Below, piece by piece: positions 1-8,796 of a DNA stretch of 64,000 bases. A program made the position numbers and the translations under genes. The DNA comes from Polyangium sp. y55x31 (lineage in GTDB: Bacteria > Myxococcota_A > Polyangia > Polyangiales > Polyangiaceae), in NCBI RefSeq assembly GCF_029946505.1, contig NZ_JARZHG010000009.1, positions 106,927-170,926 of the forward strand, read 5' to 3'. How positions within the stretch are numbered: the first letter of the stretch is position 1; every line of letters starts with the position of its first letter. The notes beneath the pieces are model-generated. The model was not told where the DNA came from. It ran no database searches and saw only the letters and a program-made list of their open reading frames with translations.

Positions 1-463
1 GCGTGAGGGCGCTGCGCGGAGAGGCGAGGAGCTCCTCGCAGCGGAGGGTGTCCTCGACGATGCGGCCGATGACGTCGAAGTATCGCGCGAGCCCCTTGCG
101 CTCGTGCGGGAAGCGGGAGACGAGGCGCTCGAAGTAACGATCGAATCCGCGCGGGACGTCGAAGCGCTCGCCGGCGATGAGGAAATGGTCGAATCCGTCC
201 GGCTCGAGCTCGTGAAACGTGAGGTCGGAGGACAAGCCGAGGCCTTCATAGAGCGCGCGGACGGACTGCCCGGGGCCGAGCTCGCCGATGTAATGCACGC
301 CCGGGCTGAACCGATACCCTTCGAGCGCGAAGCTGTGCGTCCAGCCGCCCGGCAAGTAATGCTGTTCGAGGACGAGCACGCGCTGCCCCGCCCGCGCGAG
401 CGCGAGCGCGGCCGTGAGCCCCCCCGAGCCCGAACCAACGACGATCGTGTCCCAGCGCTCCAT
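1..463 (-). CDS. FAD/NAD(P)-binding oxidoreductase (phytoene-desaturase/amine-oxidase-like), 3'-truncated by the window edge
   Basis: Reverse-strand translation from the ATG at 463 reads [36 protein letters not shown]..., a classic GxGxxG...E dinucleotide-binding fold. The ORF runs off the window start, so it is absent from the ORF track. The opposite-strand ORF 104..526 has no recognisable features. Confidence 0.6.
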   Translation of the reverse strand, partial: [154 protein letters not shown]

Positions 464-646
464 CGGAAGATCCTCCTCGATCCATCCTTTGATGCCCAAA
501 GGGCGAGGTGCGTTGCGGGGGCATGACATTTCGTCGAGCAACAGGCGAGGCGCAGACGGAACGGACGAGCGGATGACGGCTTCCGCGCCGCCCGCCCGGC
601 TGGTAAGCTTCTTGCTCGGAATGCCCTGCCTGCAAGGTGTGCTTGA

Positions 647-3600
647 ATGAGGGTCGTTCGTGCGTCGCCCGAGGTGGACGTCGACGTGGAGAGCAGCACG
701 GTGCTGGTCGATCCCGCGCTCGCGCAGACGGAACTCGGCCCGCCTTCGGGGCCCCGGTCGGAGCGTCGCGGCGTACCCCCGTCCCTCGCGGAGCGGTACG
801 AGGACATTCATTTCCTCGGCGAAGGCGGGATGGGGGCCGTCTATCGCGGCCGGGATCCGCGGCTCGGACGCACGGTGGCGCTCAAGCTGCTCAAGGGCAG
901 CGATCCGGAGCTCGGGCGGCGCTTCCTGCAGGAGGCGCGGTCGCAGGCGAAGGTCCAGCACGAGAACGTTTGCCGGATCTACGAGGCCGGAGAGGCCGAC
1001 GGCGAGCCTTTCATCGCAATGCAATACATCGACGGTGAGCCGCTCTCGAAAATGGCTGGACGGCTATCGCTCGAACAACGCGTGAAGCTGATGCGGGAGG
1101 TCTCGGCCGCGGTCCACGAAGCGCACCGGCTCGGGCTCATTCACCGGGACATCAAGCCCGGCAACATCATGGTCGAAAGGAGCGCGGACGGGGACATCAA
1201 GCCCTACGTGATGGATTTTGGTCTGGCGCGGGAGGTCGCGGACAAAGGAGAGACGGTGACGGGGGCGGTGCTGGGGACCCCGGCGTTCATGTCACCGGAG
1301 CAAGCGCAAGGCGACGTACGAGCGCTGGATCGACGCTCGGACGTATATTCGCTCGGCGCGACGCTCTACGACGTCGTCGCGGAGCGGCCGCCGTTCGTCG
1401 CGCCACACACGTGGAAGCTCCTGATGATGGTCGCCTTCGAGGAGGCGCCTGCACTGGGGCAGGTGAAGAAAGGGGTGCCGGCGGATCTCGAGACGATCGT
1501 GATGAAATGCCTGGAGCGAGATCCGCGGCAGCGATACGATTCGGCGCGGGCGCTCGCCGAGGATTTGCAGCGGTTTTTGGACGGAGAGCCGATCCTGGCG
1601 CGGCAGGCGTCGGTGGGGTACGTGCTGTGGAAAAAGGCGCGGAAACACAAGCTCGCGACGGCGGTCTCCGGCGTGCTCCTCGTCGCGGCGCTTGCGCTCG
1701 CCGGCGTGTGGTGGAAGGGGCGGCAGCAGGCGGCAGCCGAGGCGAGGATCGCGCAGGAGCTCGGGGAGCGGGTCAAGGAGATGGAGCTCTTCTTGCGCGC
1801 GGCCTACGAGCTGCCGCTGCACGACGTCGAGCGCGAGCGGGACGTGGTGCGGCGGAAGCTCTCGGCGGTCGAGGAGCGGTTGAAGGAGGCGGGGCGCGTT
1901 GGCGAGGGCCCGGGGCATTACGCGCTCGGGCGGGGATATCTGGCGCTGGGGGATCCGGAAAAGGCGCAGGAGCATCTGGAGAAGGCGGTCTTCGCGGGGT
2001 ATCGATCGCCGGAGCTCGAATACGCGCTGGGGCGGACGCTCGGGGAGCTTTACCGGCGGGCGCTCGCGAAGACCAAGCGGATCACGAACGCGGAGGAGCG
2101 CAAGAAGCGGGAGGCAGAGCTCGCGGCGGCGCTGCGGGATCCGGCGCTCGGGCATTTGAGGGCGGCGTCGGGGGCGGAGATCGAGGCGCCGGCCTACGTG
2201 GAGGGGCTCATCGCGCTGTACGAGGGGAAAAACGAAGAGGCGCAGGCGAAGGCGCGGGAGGCGTTCGAGCAGGCGCCATGGATGTACGAGGCGAAGAAGC
2301 TCGAAGCGGATGCCTTGTTCGCGGAGGGGAGCAAGCACCGGCACGATGCGGCGTTCGACTGGGACAAGATGATGCTGTCGTTTGGCCCGGCGGCCGAGGC
2401 GTACAAGGTCGCGGCGGAGATGGCCGAGAGTGATCCGGAGGTGCATCGGGCGGCGTGTGAGCTGTGGGAAAAGATGGCGCGCGGGACGGAGGCCATCGGC
2501 AAGCGACCGGATCACGAGCTCGACGTGGCCGAGGGTGCGTGCTCCAGAGCGGTGCAGGCGAGCTCGCGTGATGCGGAGGCGCGGGTGCAGCGCGCCCATG
2601 CCATGCATTATCGGTTCTGGGTCGCCAACCAGTCAGGCGCACATTCCCAGAAACTCGAGGCGGCGGCGCTCGAAGCCGTCGAGGAGGCTGTTCGCATTCG
2701 GCCGAACGACGCCTTTGCCCGATATTTGTTGGCGACGACGTTGCAGACGCAGGCGACGGGAAAGTCCTTCCGGGGCGAGCAGGTCGAGACGGGAGAGACC
2801 ATCCGGGCCTACGAGAAGGTGCTGGAGATCGAGCCTCGCTTCACGTGGGCGCTGAACGAGCTCGGGCAGACGTATCTCCTCCAAGCGGAGTTCGATCGAT
2901 TGCATGGGCTGGACCCTCGCCCGTTGCTCGATGGCGCATCGAAGCGATTCGACCAGGCCGTCGCGGTGGATCCGAATTTCACCTTGCCCGTGTTCGGAAA
3001 AATCCGCGCGGCCATTTACCGAGTCGTGTACGAGACCGACCACGGAATCGACGCTCAGGTGAGCCTGTCCACGCTCGCCGACGCCGTCGCGCTGCTCGAA
3101 GAGCGAAAGCTCGGAGGCTTTTTGCCCGTCTACTACGCGGCGAAGTCCGCGCGGGTTCGCGCGGCGTACGAGGACGCGATCGGCCTGGACCCTCGCCCAG
3201 CGATCGAGGCAGGCGTGAAGAAGATCGAGCCCTTCGCGGCGCCGGACACGAATACGGTGTATCCCCTGATGGAGCTCGCCGAGTTCCGGCTGGTCGAATT
3301 CGAGTACATGCTCTCCGCGGGGCTCGAACCTCTCCCCGACCTCCGGCCCCTGCGGGACGCCGTGAAGAGAGCCTCCGAGAAAGACGCGTCGGGGATCGAC
3401 CTTCAGGACCTCACGGCGAGGATGGATCTCCTCGCGATCCTCGCGAAGGTCGAGAAGGGTCAGGCCGACGAGCGAGCGTTCGACGATGCGGCGGCGGTCC
3501 TGGAGCCCGTGATCGCCACGGAGCGAAACGACCCTCGGCCCTACCAGACCCTCGCCCGCATTCACGCAGCAAAGGCAAGATGGCTCGAAGCGCACCGGAA

Positions 3601-3850
3601 GGCGCCGGACACGGTCGTCGCCGTGGGGCTCGACATGGCGAAAAAAGCGCGCGCCATTCATCCACACAACGCGAGGACGTTCTCGACGACGGGAGAGCTC
3701 CTCCTCGTGCGGGCGAAAGCTTCCCGCGGGGAGGATCGAAAGAAAGCTGCGCGCGCGGCGGGCGAGGCGTTCGCGGCAGCGATCCGAGAAAACCCGCGGC
3801 TCGCGGCGGCGCATCAGGCGAACATTCAGGAGGCGAAGGGAATGGAGTGA
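647..3850 (+). CDS. Ser/Thr protein kinase with TM segment and C-terminal TPR-like helical repeat region
   Basis: Hanks kinase motifs are present: GEGGMGAVY, VALK, HRDIKPGNIM, DFG and SPEQ. A TM helix LATAVSGVLLVAALALAGVWW follows, then a ~700-aa helical repeat region. Confidence 0.85.
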   Translation: MRVVRASPEVDVDVESSTVLVDPALAQTELGPPSGPRSERRGVPPSLAERYEDIHFLGEGGMGAVYRGRDPRLGRTVALKLLKGSDPELGRRFLQEARSQAKVQHENVCRIYEAGEADGEPFIAMQYIDGEPLSKMAGRLSLEQRVKLMREVSAAVHEAHRLGLIHRDIKPGNIMVERSADGDIKPYVMDFGLAREVADKGETVTGAVLGTPAFMSPEQAQGDVRALDRRSDVYSLGATLYDVVAERPPFVAPHTWKLLMMVAFEEAPALGQVKKGVPADLETIVMKCLERDPRQRYDSARALAEDLQRFLDGEPILARQASVGYVLWKKARKHKLATAVSGVLLVAALALAGVWWKGRQQAAAEARIAQELGERVKEMELFLRAAYELPLHDVERERDVVRRKLSAVEERLKEAGRVGEGPGHYALGRGYLALGDPEKAQEHLEKAVFAGYRSPELEYALGRTLGELYRRALAKTKRITNAEERKKREAELAAALRDPALGHLRAASGAEIEAPAYVEGLIALYEGKNEEAQAKAREAFEQAPWMYEAKKLEADALFAEGSKHRHDAAFDWDKMMLSFGPAAEAYKVAAEMAESDPEVHRAACELWEKMARGTEAIGKRPDHELDVAEGACSRAVQASSRDAEARVQRAHAMHYRFWVANQSGAHSQKLEAAALEAVEEAVRIRPNDAFARYLLATTLQTQATGKSFRGEQVETGETIRAYEKVLEIEPRFTWALNELGQTYLLQAEFDRLHGLDPRPLLDGASKRFDQAVAVDPNFTLPVFGKIRAAIYRVVYETDHGIDAQVSLSTLADAVALLEERKLGGFLPVYYAAKSARVRAAYEDAIGLDPRPAIEAGVKKIEPFAAPDTNTVYPLMELAEFRLVEFEYMLSAGLEPLPDLRPLRDAVKRASEKDASGIDLQDLTARMDLLAILAKVEKGQADERAFDDAAAVLEPVIATERNDPRPYQTLARIHAAKARWLEAHRKAPDTVVAVGLDMAKKARAIHPHNARTFSTTGELLLVRAKASRGEDRKKAARAAGEAFAAAIRENPRLAAAHQANIQEAKGME

Positions 3851-3892
3851 GCGCGTGTCCGGCAGCGCAGGGACGTCGGACGGAGCGGGCGC

Positions 3893-4819
3893 TCAGGGGC
3901 AAGTCGCGTTGCTCGCCTTCAAGTAGCTGTGAATCGCGTAGGAGCGGTTCGAGCAGCCCTCGAACGTCGAATTCAACGGCTCACTGCAGAAGGCATCGAA
4001 GGTGCTGCAGGTTCCCATGTAGCTGAAGCCGCAGGGCGTATACGTCACGTCACATGCCCGAAAAGTCGCCCCCTCGGCAGAGCTGCAGAACGTCACGTCG
4101 CTACAGATGTACGCATTGAACGCGGGAGAGCTGTCGGTGTTGCTACCCAGCGGCATCGTAGAATCGAACATATTGCCCCACACCGTCGACTCCGGCACCG
4201 TGTAGGGGTAGGCCTCGCTGGCTCGATAGGTGATCTCCGGGTGAGCGCCTCCGAGCAGGATGTCGATCGTCGCGCCGTAGCGGTTGGTGCGCGAAAGGAC
4301 GCAGGCCGTGACCCACCTCTTTTCATCCGTCGTGAGCGCGCGCGTCCTCCAGTCCGGCGCAAGACCGATCTCGCCGTGGTACTGCTGGAACACGGGCACG
4401 GAGACCCCCCCACCCGTCATGTACCCGACAATATGGCCCGCGTCCCCCACGGTGGTCCCCTCGGCCAAGGCGCAACCGATGAGCTTCTCCAGAAACTCGA
4501 CCCTGGCGCCTGCCCACTCACCCGCCGCGCTGGGCGATGGCATGTCGGGCATGCTGGGCAGGACGCCGGAAGGGGCCAGCGCGGCATTACCGATCACACG
4601 GACGGTCCGCTGCACGCCATGATTATGGGCAACCCGATACCGCAAGCCGTTGTTGGTCCCCGGATCGCCACCCGTACCGAGCTCGGCCTCCCCGAGCTCC
4701 TCCTCCTCGGGATCCCAACCGGAGTCCACGGGGTCGGCCATGCAACCCAGGCCATAGAGGCTCATGGCAATGAACACGAACGGCGAAGCACAACGAAGCA
4801 GCGTAGTTCCAGGGTTCAT
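3893..4819 (-). CDS. secreted Cys-rich lipoprotein, hypothetical
   Basis: Signal peptide with lipobox (LYGLGC) and a Cys-rich C-terminus. RBS GGAG lies upstream of the ATG at 4819. A sigma-54-type promoter lies just upstream. Confidence 0.6.
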   Translation of the reverse strand: MNPGTTLLRCASPFVFIAMSLYGLGCMADPVDSGWDPEEEELGEAELGTGGDPGTNNGLRYRVAHNHGVQRTVRVIGNAALAPSGVLPSMPDMPSPSAAGEWAGARVEFLEKLIGCALAEGTTVGDAGHIVGYMTGGGVSVPVFQQYHGEIGLAPDWRTRALTTDEKRWVTACVLSRTNRYGATIDILLGGAHPEITYRASEAYPYTVPESTVWGNMFDSTMPLGSNTDSSPAFNAYICSDVTFCSSAEGATFRACDVTYTPCGFSYMGTCSTFDAFCSEPLNSTFEGCSNRSYAIHSYLKASNATCP

Positions 4820-4855
4820 GAGAAGGGTCTCCTGTCGAAGGTGACGATCACGGAC

Positions 4856-4874
4856 ATTGCACCCGTCGTGCCAG
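4856..4874 (-). promoter_or_regulatory. sigma-54 (-24/-12) promoter candidate for the lipoprotein gene
   Basis: The minus strand reads cTGGCACGacggGTGCAat, with GG-N10-GC spacing and a perfect TGGCACG -24 box. The predicted TSS is ~28 nt upstream of the ATG at 4819. Confidence 0.6.
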
Positions 4875-4893
4875 AGGTCGTCCGGAGGTGATT

Positions 4894-5006
4894 CAGGCCC
4901 GAAAGGCGCGTGAAAGCTGCGTGCACACGAGCCTCGCCCGGACGCGGGGGCCCGAGCGAGGGTCGGCGCGCGTAACGTAGGTACGCGCGTGCGTCATCCG
5001 TGAACG
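4894..5006. repeat. copy 1 of ~115-bp duplicated upstream element, with inner palindrome cgcgcgta-N7-tacgcgcg at 4967-4989
   Basis: About 90% identical to 6943-7058. It lies 20-130 bp upstream of the sigma-54 -24 box of gene 3893..4819. Confidence 0.8.
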
Positions 5007-5060
5007 CTCAGGGGCAGACGGCGTCGTTCATGCGCCCGAAAGAGCGCACGCCGCAGGACC

Positions 5061-6851
5061 TCAGTAGGTCTGTCTGACGAAGACGCCTTGCGTTGCAAAG
5101 CCGACCACGTCCTGCGTTCCATCACCATTGATATCCGCCATCATGCGCGGGTGCATGTCCACGCGCCATCCGAAATCATAACCGAAGCCTTCTACCAGGT
5201 GGCTCGGCAGCTCGAATGAGCTCCCGGTCGAGCGCGAGATATGAACGCCGTTGCCCGCAAAGCCGACCACGTCAGCTTTCCCGTCATTGTCCACATCCGC
5301 CATCATGCGCGGGTGCTGCTCCACGCGCCATCCGACTTGATTGTACCCGAAGTTGCTGACCCAGAGCTGGGGCGTCGTGAAGGAGCTCCCCGTCGAGGTA
5401 GAGACGACCACGCCGTTGTCACCGAAGGCGACGATGTCCTGCTTCCCGTCGCCGTTGACATCGGCCGTCATCCGCGGATGCATGTCCACGCGGTAGCCGT
5501 GGTTGTAACCATAATCTCCGACCCAAAGCGATGGCGTCGAGAAGGAGCTTCCCGTCGAGAGCGCCACGTACACGCCGTTGTTGGCAAAGACGACGACGTC
5601 TTGTTTCCCATCGTTGTTGACGTCGGCCATCATGCGCGGGTGCTGGTCGATGCGATAGCCATGATTGTAGCCGTAATTGGCGAGCCAGAGCGACGGCGCC
5701 GTAAACGAACTTCCCGTCGAGAGCGAGACCACCACGCCATTGTCCCCGAAAGCGACGACGTCCGGCTTCCCATCGTTGTTGACATCCGCCATCATGCGCG
5801 GGTGCTTGTCCACGCGGTAGCCCTGATTCCAGCCATAATCGCCGACCCAGAGTGACGGCGCCGTGAACGAGCTTCCCGTCGAGAGCGAGACCAGCACGCC
5901 TGCATCCCCAAAGCCGACGACGTCCGGCTTCCCATCGTTGTTGACATCCGCCATCATCCGCTCGTGATTCTCGGTGCGCCAGCCGTGGTTGTAATTGAAT
6001 TGGTCCACCCATAGTTCCGCAGCCATGAAGCCGGTCCCGGTGGACCTGGACACGAGCGTCCCCGCATCGCCGAATGCGACGATATCCTGCTTCCCATCGT
6101 TGTTGACATCCGCCATCATACGCGGGTGCTTGTCCACGCGCCATCCTTGAACATAGCCGTACTCCGTTATCCATCGCGGAGTGCCGTACATCTTGATCGC
6201 GCCCTGGATGTCGCTCTCGCTGAGCTTGCCGTTGCCGTTCCACACCGGATTGCAGTAATTCATCACCGAATCCAGATCCCACAGGTTCAGCGTAAGGTCA
6301 CCGTCGCTCCCCTGCTCCTCATCGCACCACGACGGGGTGTCGGGCCGATTCTGCTCGTGAGCGAATCCGAGCGCGTGCCCGAACTCGTGCACCGCGATTG
6401 CTTCGATGCAGAACCGGCGCGAGTTCTGACAGTCCGGGGACCAGTTCTGGAAGGTAAAGTTCAATACCATACCATCCGTTTCGCCGTCGAGATCGGTGCC
6501 GAGGCCATCTGTGTGTGGGCCTTCATCGGAGATCCGGATGCGAATTCCATTCGACGAGCTGGTGCATGTACCCCAGCCATTGAAATCCACCCGCGTGTGG
6601 GCGTCCCACGACGCGAGGACGGCTTGTCGGACCCAGTCTCTCTCGGCTTGAGGCGCCGCGCTGGGGTTTTCCCAGCAGACCTGGACGGACTCTCCGCTCC
6701 ACAACTTCGACGAGGCTACATAAAGCGGGGCCACGTCCGTCTGAACGTTTTCCTCGGCGGAGGGTTCGGCCGGGCCAGAGCAGCCGGTCGACGCGTAGGA
6801 AATGGCAAGGACCGACGCGATGGCAATCGCCATCGAATGATGATGTTTCAT
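5061..6851 (-). CDS. secreted astacin-family zinc metalloprotease fused to an 8-blade FG-GAP-like calcium-binding beta-propeller; lipoprotein signal
   Basis: The astacin signature HEFGHALGFAHEQNRPD is followed by the Met-turn SVMNY. There are 8 tandem ~47-aa repeats (HPRMMADVNNDGKxDVVxFGDxGVxVSLSTGSSF). The start is reassigned to ATG 6851 (MKHHHSMAIAIASVLAISYASTGC lipobox) with an upstream GGAG. Confidence 0.8.
   Translation of the reverse strand: MKHHHSMAIAIASVLAISYASTGCSGPAEPSAEENVQTDVAPLYVASSKLWSGESVQVCWENPSAAPQAERDWVRQAVLASWDAHTRVDFNGWGTCTSSSNGIRIRISDEGPHTDGLGTDLDGETDGMVLNFTFQNWSPDCQNSRRFCIEAIAVHEFGHALGFAHEQNRPDTPSWCDEEQGSDGDLTLNLWDLDSVMNYCNPVWNGNGKLSESDIQGAIKMYGTPRWITEYGYVQGWRVDKHPRMMADVNNDGKQDIVAFGDAGTLVSRSTGTGFMAAELWVDQFNYNHGWRTENHERMMADVNNDGKPDVVGFGDAGVLVSLSTGSSFTAPSLWVGDYGWNQGYRVDKHPRMMADVNNDGKPDVVAFGDNGVVVSLSTGSSFTAPSLWLANYGYNHGYRIDQHPRMMADVNNDGKQDVVVFANNGVYVALSTGSSFSTPSLWVGDYGYNHGYRVDMHPRMTADVNGDGKQDIVAFGDNGVVVSTSTGSSFTTPQLWVSNFGYNQVGWRVEQHPRMMADVDNDGKADVVGFAGNGVHISRSTGSSFELPSHLVEGFGYDFGWRVDMHPRMMADINGDGTQDVVGFATQGVFVRQTY
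5064..6197. repeat. 8 tandem ~141-bp coding repeats (propeller blades) inside the protease gene
   Basis: Near-identical peptide repeats are visible in the translation. Confidence 0.8.
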
Positions 6852-6913
6852 GGGTGTCGAAGCTCCAGCGGGATACTTGTTGGGCCGCGTTGCTCGCGGT
6901 GCGGATAGCCGCA

Positions 6914-6931
6914 GAGCAACCCGCATGCCGA
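6914..6931 (-). promoter_or_regulatory. sigma-54 (-24/-12) promoter candidate for the astacin-propeller gene
   Basis: The minus strand reads tCGGCATGcgggTTGCTc, with GG-N10-GC spacing and a TTGCT -12 box. It lies ~54 nt upstream of the ATG at 6851. Confidence 0.5.
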
Positions 6932-6942
6932 CACGCGAGAGG

Positions 6943-7058
6943 CAGGCCCGAAAGGCACGTGAAAGCTGCGTGCACACGAGCCTCGCTCGGACGCGGGCCC
7001 CGCGCGAGGCTCGGCGCGCGTAACGTAGGTACGCGCGTGCGTCACCCGTGTACGCGGA
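6943..7058. repeat. copy 2 of ~115-bp duplicated upstream element, with inner palindrome at 7015-7037
   Basis: About 90% identical to 4894-5006. It lies between the EBP stop (7070) and the protease promoter. Confidence 0.8.
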
Positions 7059-7069
7059 GCCCGGGGCGC

Positions 7070-8788
7070 TCAGGCCTCGTCGTCCCCCAGCTCCCGAAAG
7101 GGCCCGCCGTCCTCCCCGAGCGCCTTGCAGAGCGCCTCCACCTTCTCCAGCTCACGCCGCAGCATCTTGTGGTGATTGCGCGCCTGCACCTGCGCGCCCT
7201 TCCCAAAAAGCCGGAACGCCGCGTCCTTGCTGCCGAGCCGCTCCACCGCCGTGCCGAGCACGATGCCGCGGAATGCGTCCGAGAGCTCCAGGTCGAGCAC
7301 GAGGCCCTTTCCCTGCTGCCGCTCGGCCTCTTCCACGATCGCGCCCGCCGCGACGCGCAGGTCGTCGAGGGTCGACCTGCGCCCGCTCCCCCGCTCGTAG
7401 CTCAGGGCGCGCGCGAAATGCTTTTCCTCCAGCAAGATCTCGAGCCCTGCCTCGCCCTGCGTCATGAGCGCGAGCGCGTACGCCCGGCGGACGACGTTGT
7501 CGAGCTGCCGCAAATTGCCCGGCCAGCCGTGCTCGCCGAGCAGCCGCTCCGCGCCGGCCGCGATCCGCGCTTCCCCGCCCGGGACCGATTCTCGATGGCG
7601 CCGCGTGGCCATGAAGCGCGCCCATTCCGCGATCTCGTCCCGGCGCTCGTCGAGCGGGGGGATCTGCACCGGGAGCACGTTGATCCTATAATAAAGATCC
7701 TCCCGAAATCGACCGGCCTTCACCTGATCGTACAGGTCGACGTTGCTCCCCACGATGAAACGTACGTTCGCCTGCTGCTCGCGCGCGCCGTCCCCGATCG
7801 GGCGATACGTACGCGATTCGAGGAGCTGGAGCAATCCAGCCTGCGCCTTCAGCGAGAGTTTGTCGATCTCGTCGATGAACAACGTCCCCTTGAAGGCCCG
7901 CGTGATGCACCCGGGCGTGTCGCGCACCGCGCCCGTGAACGCGCCCTTTTTCCAGCCGAAGAGCTCCGCCATTTGCAGCTCCTCGGGCACGGCGATGAGG
8001 TCGAGGACCTCGAAGGGCGCCCCACGCCGGACCGATCGCGCGTGGCACCAGCGCGCGAGGCGCGATTTGCCTGCGCCCGTGGGACCGCCGATGAGCAGGG
8101 TCTCCTCCTGCTGCGCGAAGACGTGGAGCATGTCGATCAAGCCCGCCATGCTCTGGCCCATGACGGGCAAGAGGTCGTCGGTCGCGCCGGTCGCCGCGGG
8201 CCGCGGCGGGAGGGTCGCGAGGTAAGGCGCCGCGAGGTCGGCGAGGAGCTCCAGCGGTTCGTGAATGGCCGGAAAAATGAAATCGTCGCCGACGGCCCTC
8301 GGGCACCCCGCCTCGACCGTGGCCATTCCCTCGATCGCGCCGTGCAGGGTGCGCAGCGGGATCGCGTAGAGGTGGCTCGTGTCGCGGCTCGTCAGCCGAA
8401 GCACGCTGTCCTGACCGGAGAATCCGCCCTCCTGGAACACGTTCGCGGATTCGTTTCGCCACGTCCATACGCGGCTCAGCGGGACGTCGATCGCAATGGG
8501 GCATGCGCGCGTGACGACCCAGCGCCACGCGCTCACGGAGGGCAAATAGTTGATGATCGGCTCGCCGCCGCGCTGCGTATCGTCGAGGAGGACCAATCGC
8601 CGGTAGCCGTCGCCGGGCCGCCAGTGCGCCATGCCGCGGAGGATCTTGCCGCGGCCGGCGAAGCTGCTCTCCGCGAGCGCCGCGAGCGCCGCGTCGAGCA
8701 TCGCGCGCAACAAGGTGTGCGCGGCGTCCTCGAAGGTCCTCGCCTTCCGGAGCCGGTCCACAAAAGCAAGGATTTCCCGCTGGTTCAT
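7070..8788 (-). CDS. sigma-54-dependent transcriptional activator (bEBP) with N-terminal GAF-like sensory domain and C-terminal HTH
   Basis: The AAA+ sigma-54 interaction domain carries the GAFTGA signature, Walker A GGPTGAGKS and Walker B FIDEID. The C-terminus is Fis-type. The start is taken at ATG 8788 (MNQREILAF...), 9 nt after the kinase stop. Confidence 0.85.
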   Translation of the reverse strand: MNQREILAFVDRLRKARTFEDAAHTLLRAMLDAALAALAESSFAGRGKILRGMAHWRPGDGYRRLVLLDDTQRGGEPIINYLPSVSAWRWVVTRACPIAIDVPLSRVWTWRNESANVFQEGGFSGQDSVLRLTSRDTSHLYAIPLRTLHGAIEGMATVEAGCPRAVGDDFIFPAIHEPLELLADLAAPYLATLPPRPAATGATDDLLPVMGQSMAGLIDMLHVFAQQEETLLIGGPTGAGKSRLARWCHARSVRRGAPFEVLDLIAVPEELQMAELFGWKKGAFTGAVRDTPGCITRAFKGTLFIDEIDKLSLKAQAGLLQLLESRTYRPIGDGAREQQANVRFIVGSNVDLYDQVKAGRFREDLYYRINVLPVQIPPLDERRDEIAEWARFMATRRHRESVPGGEARIAAGAERLLGEHGWPGNLRQLDNVVRRAYALALMTQGEAGLEILLEEKHFARALSYERGSGRRSTLDDLRVAAGAIVEEAERQQGKGLVLDLELSDAFRGIVLGTAVERLGSKDAAFRLFGKGAQVQARNHHKMLRRELEKVEALCKALGEDGGPFRELGDDEA

Positions 8789-8796
8789 GCCGGTCC

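Noticed and set aside
104-635. ORFs 104..526 (+), 246..635 (-) and 414..650 (+) at the window start
   Set aside because: The unlisted minus-frame ORF running off the window edge carries a textbook FAD/NAD Rossmann motif, so these listed ORFs are shadows.
4894-7058. Sigma-54 promoter inside the duplicated element itself
   Set aside because: A plus-strand GGCACG-N5-GCTGC was seen in copy 2 only. Its spacing is off by one, it is not conserved in copy 1, and it points away from any gene. The convincing -24/-12 boxes are instead downstream of each repeat copy on the minus strand.
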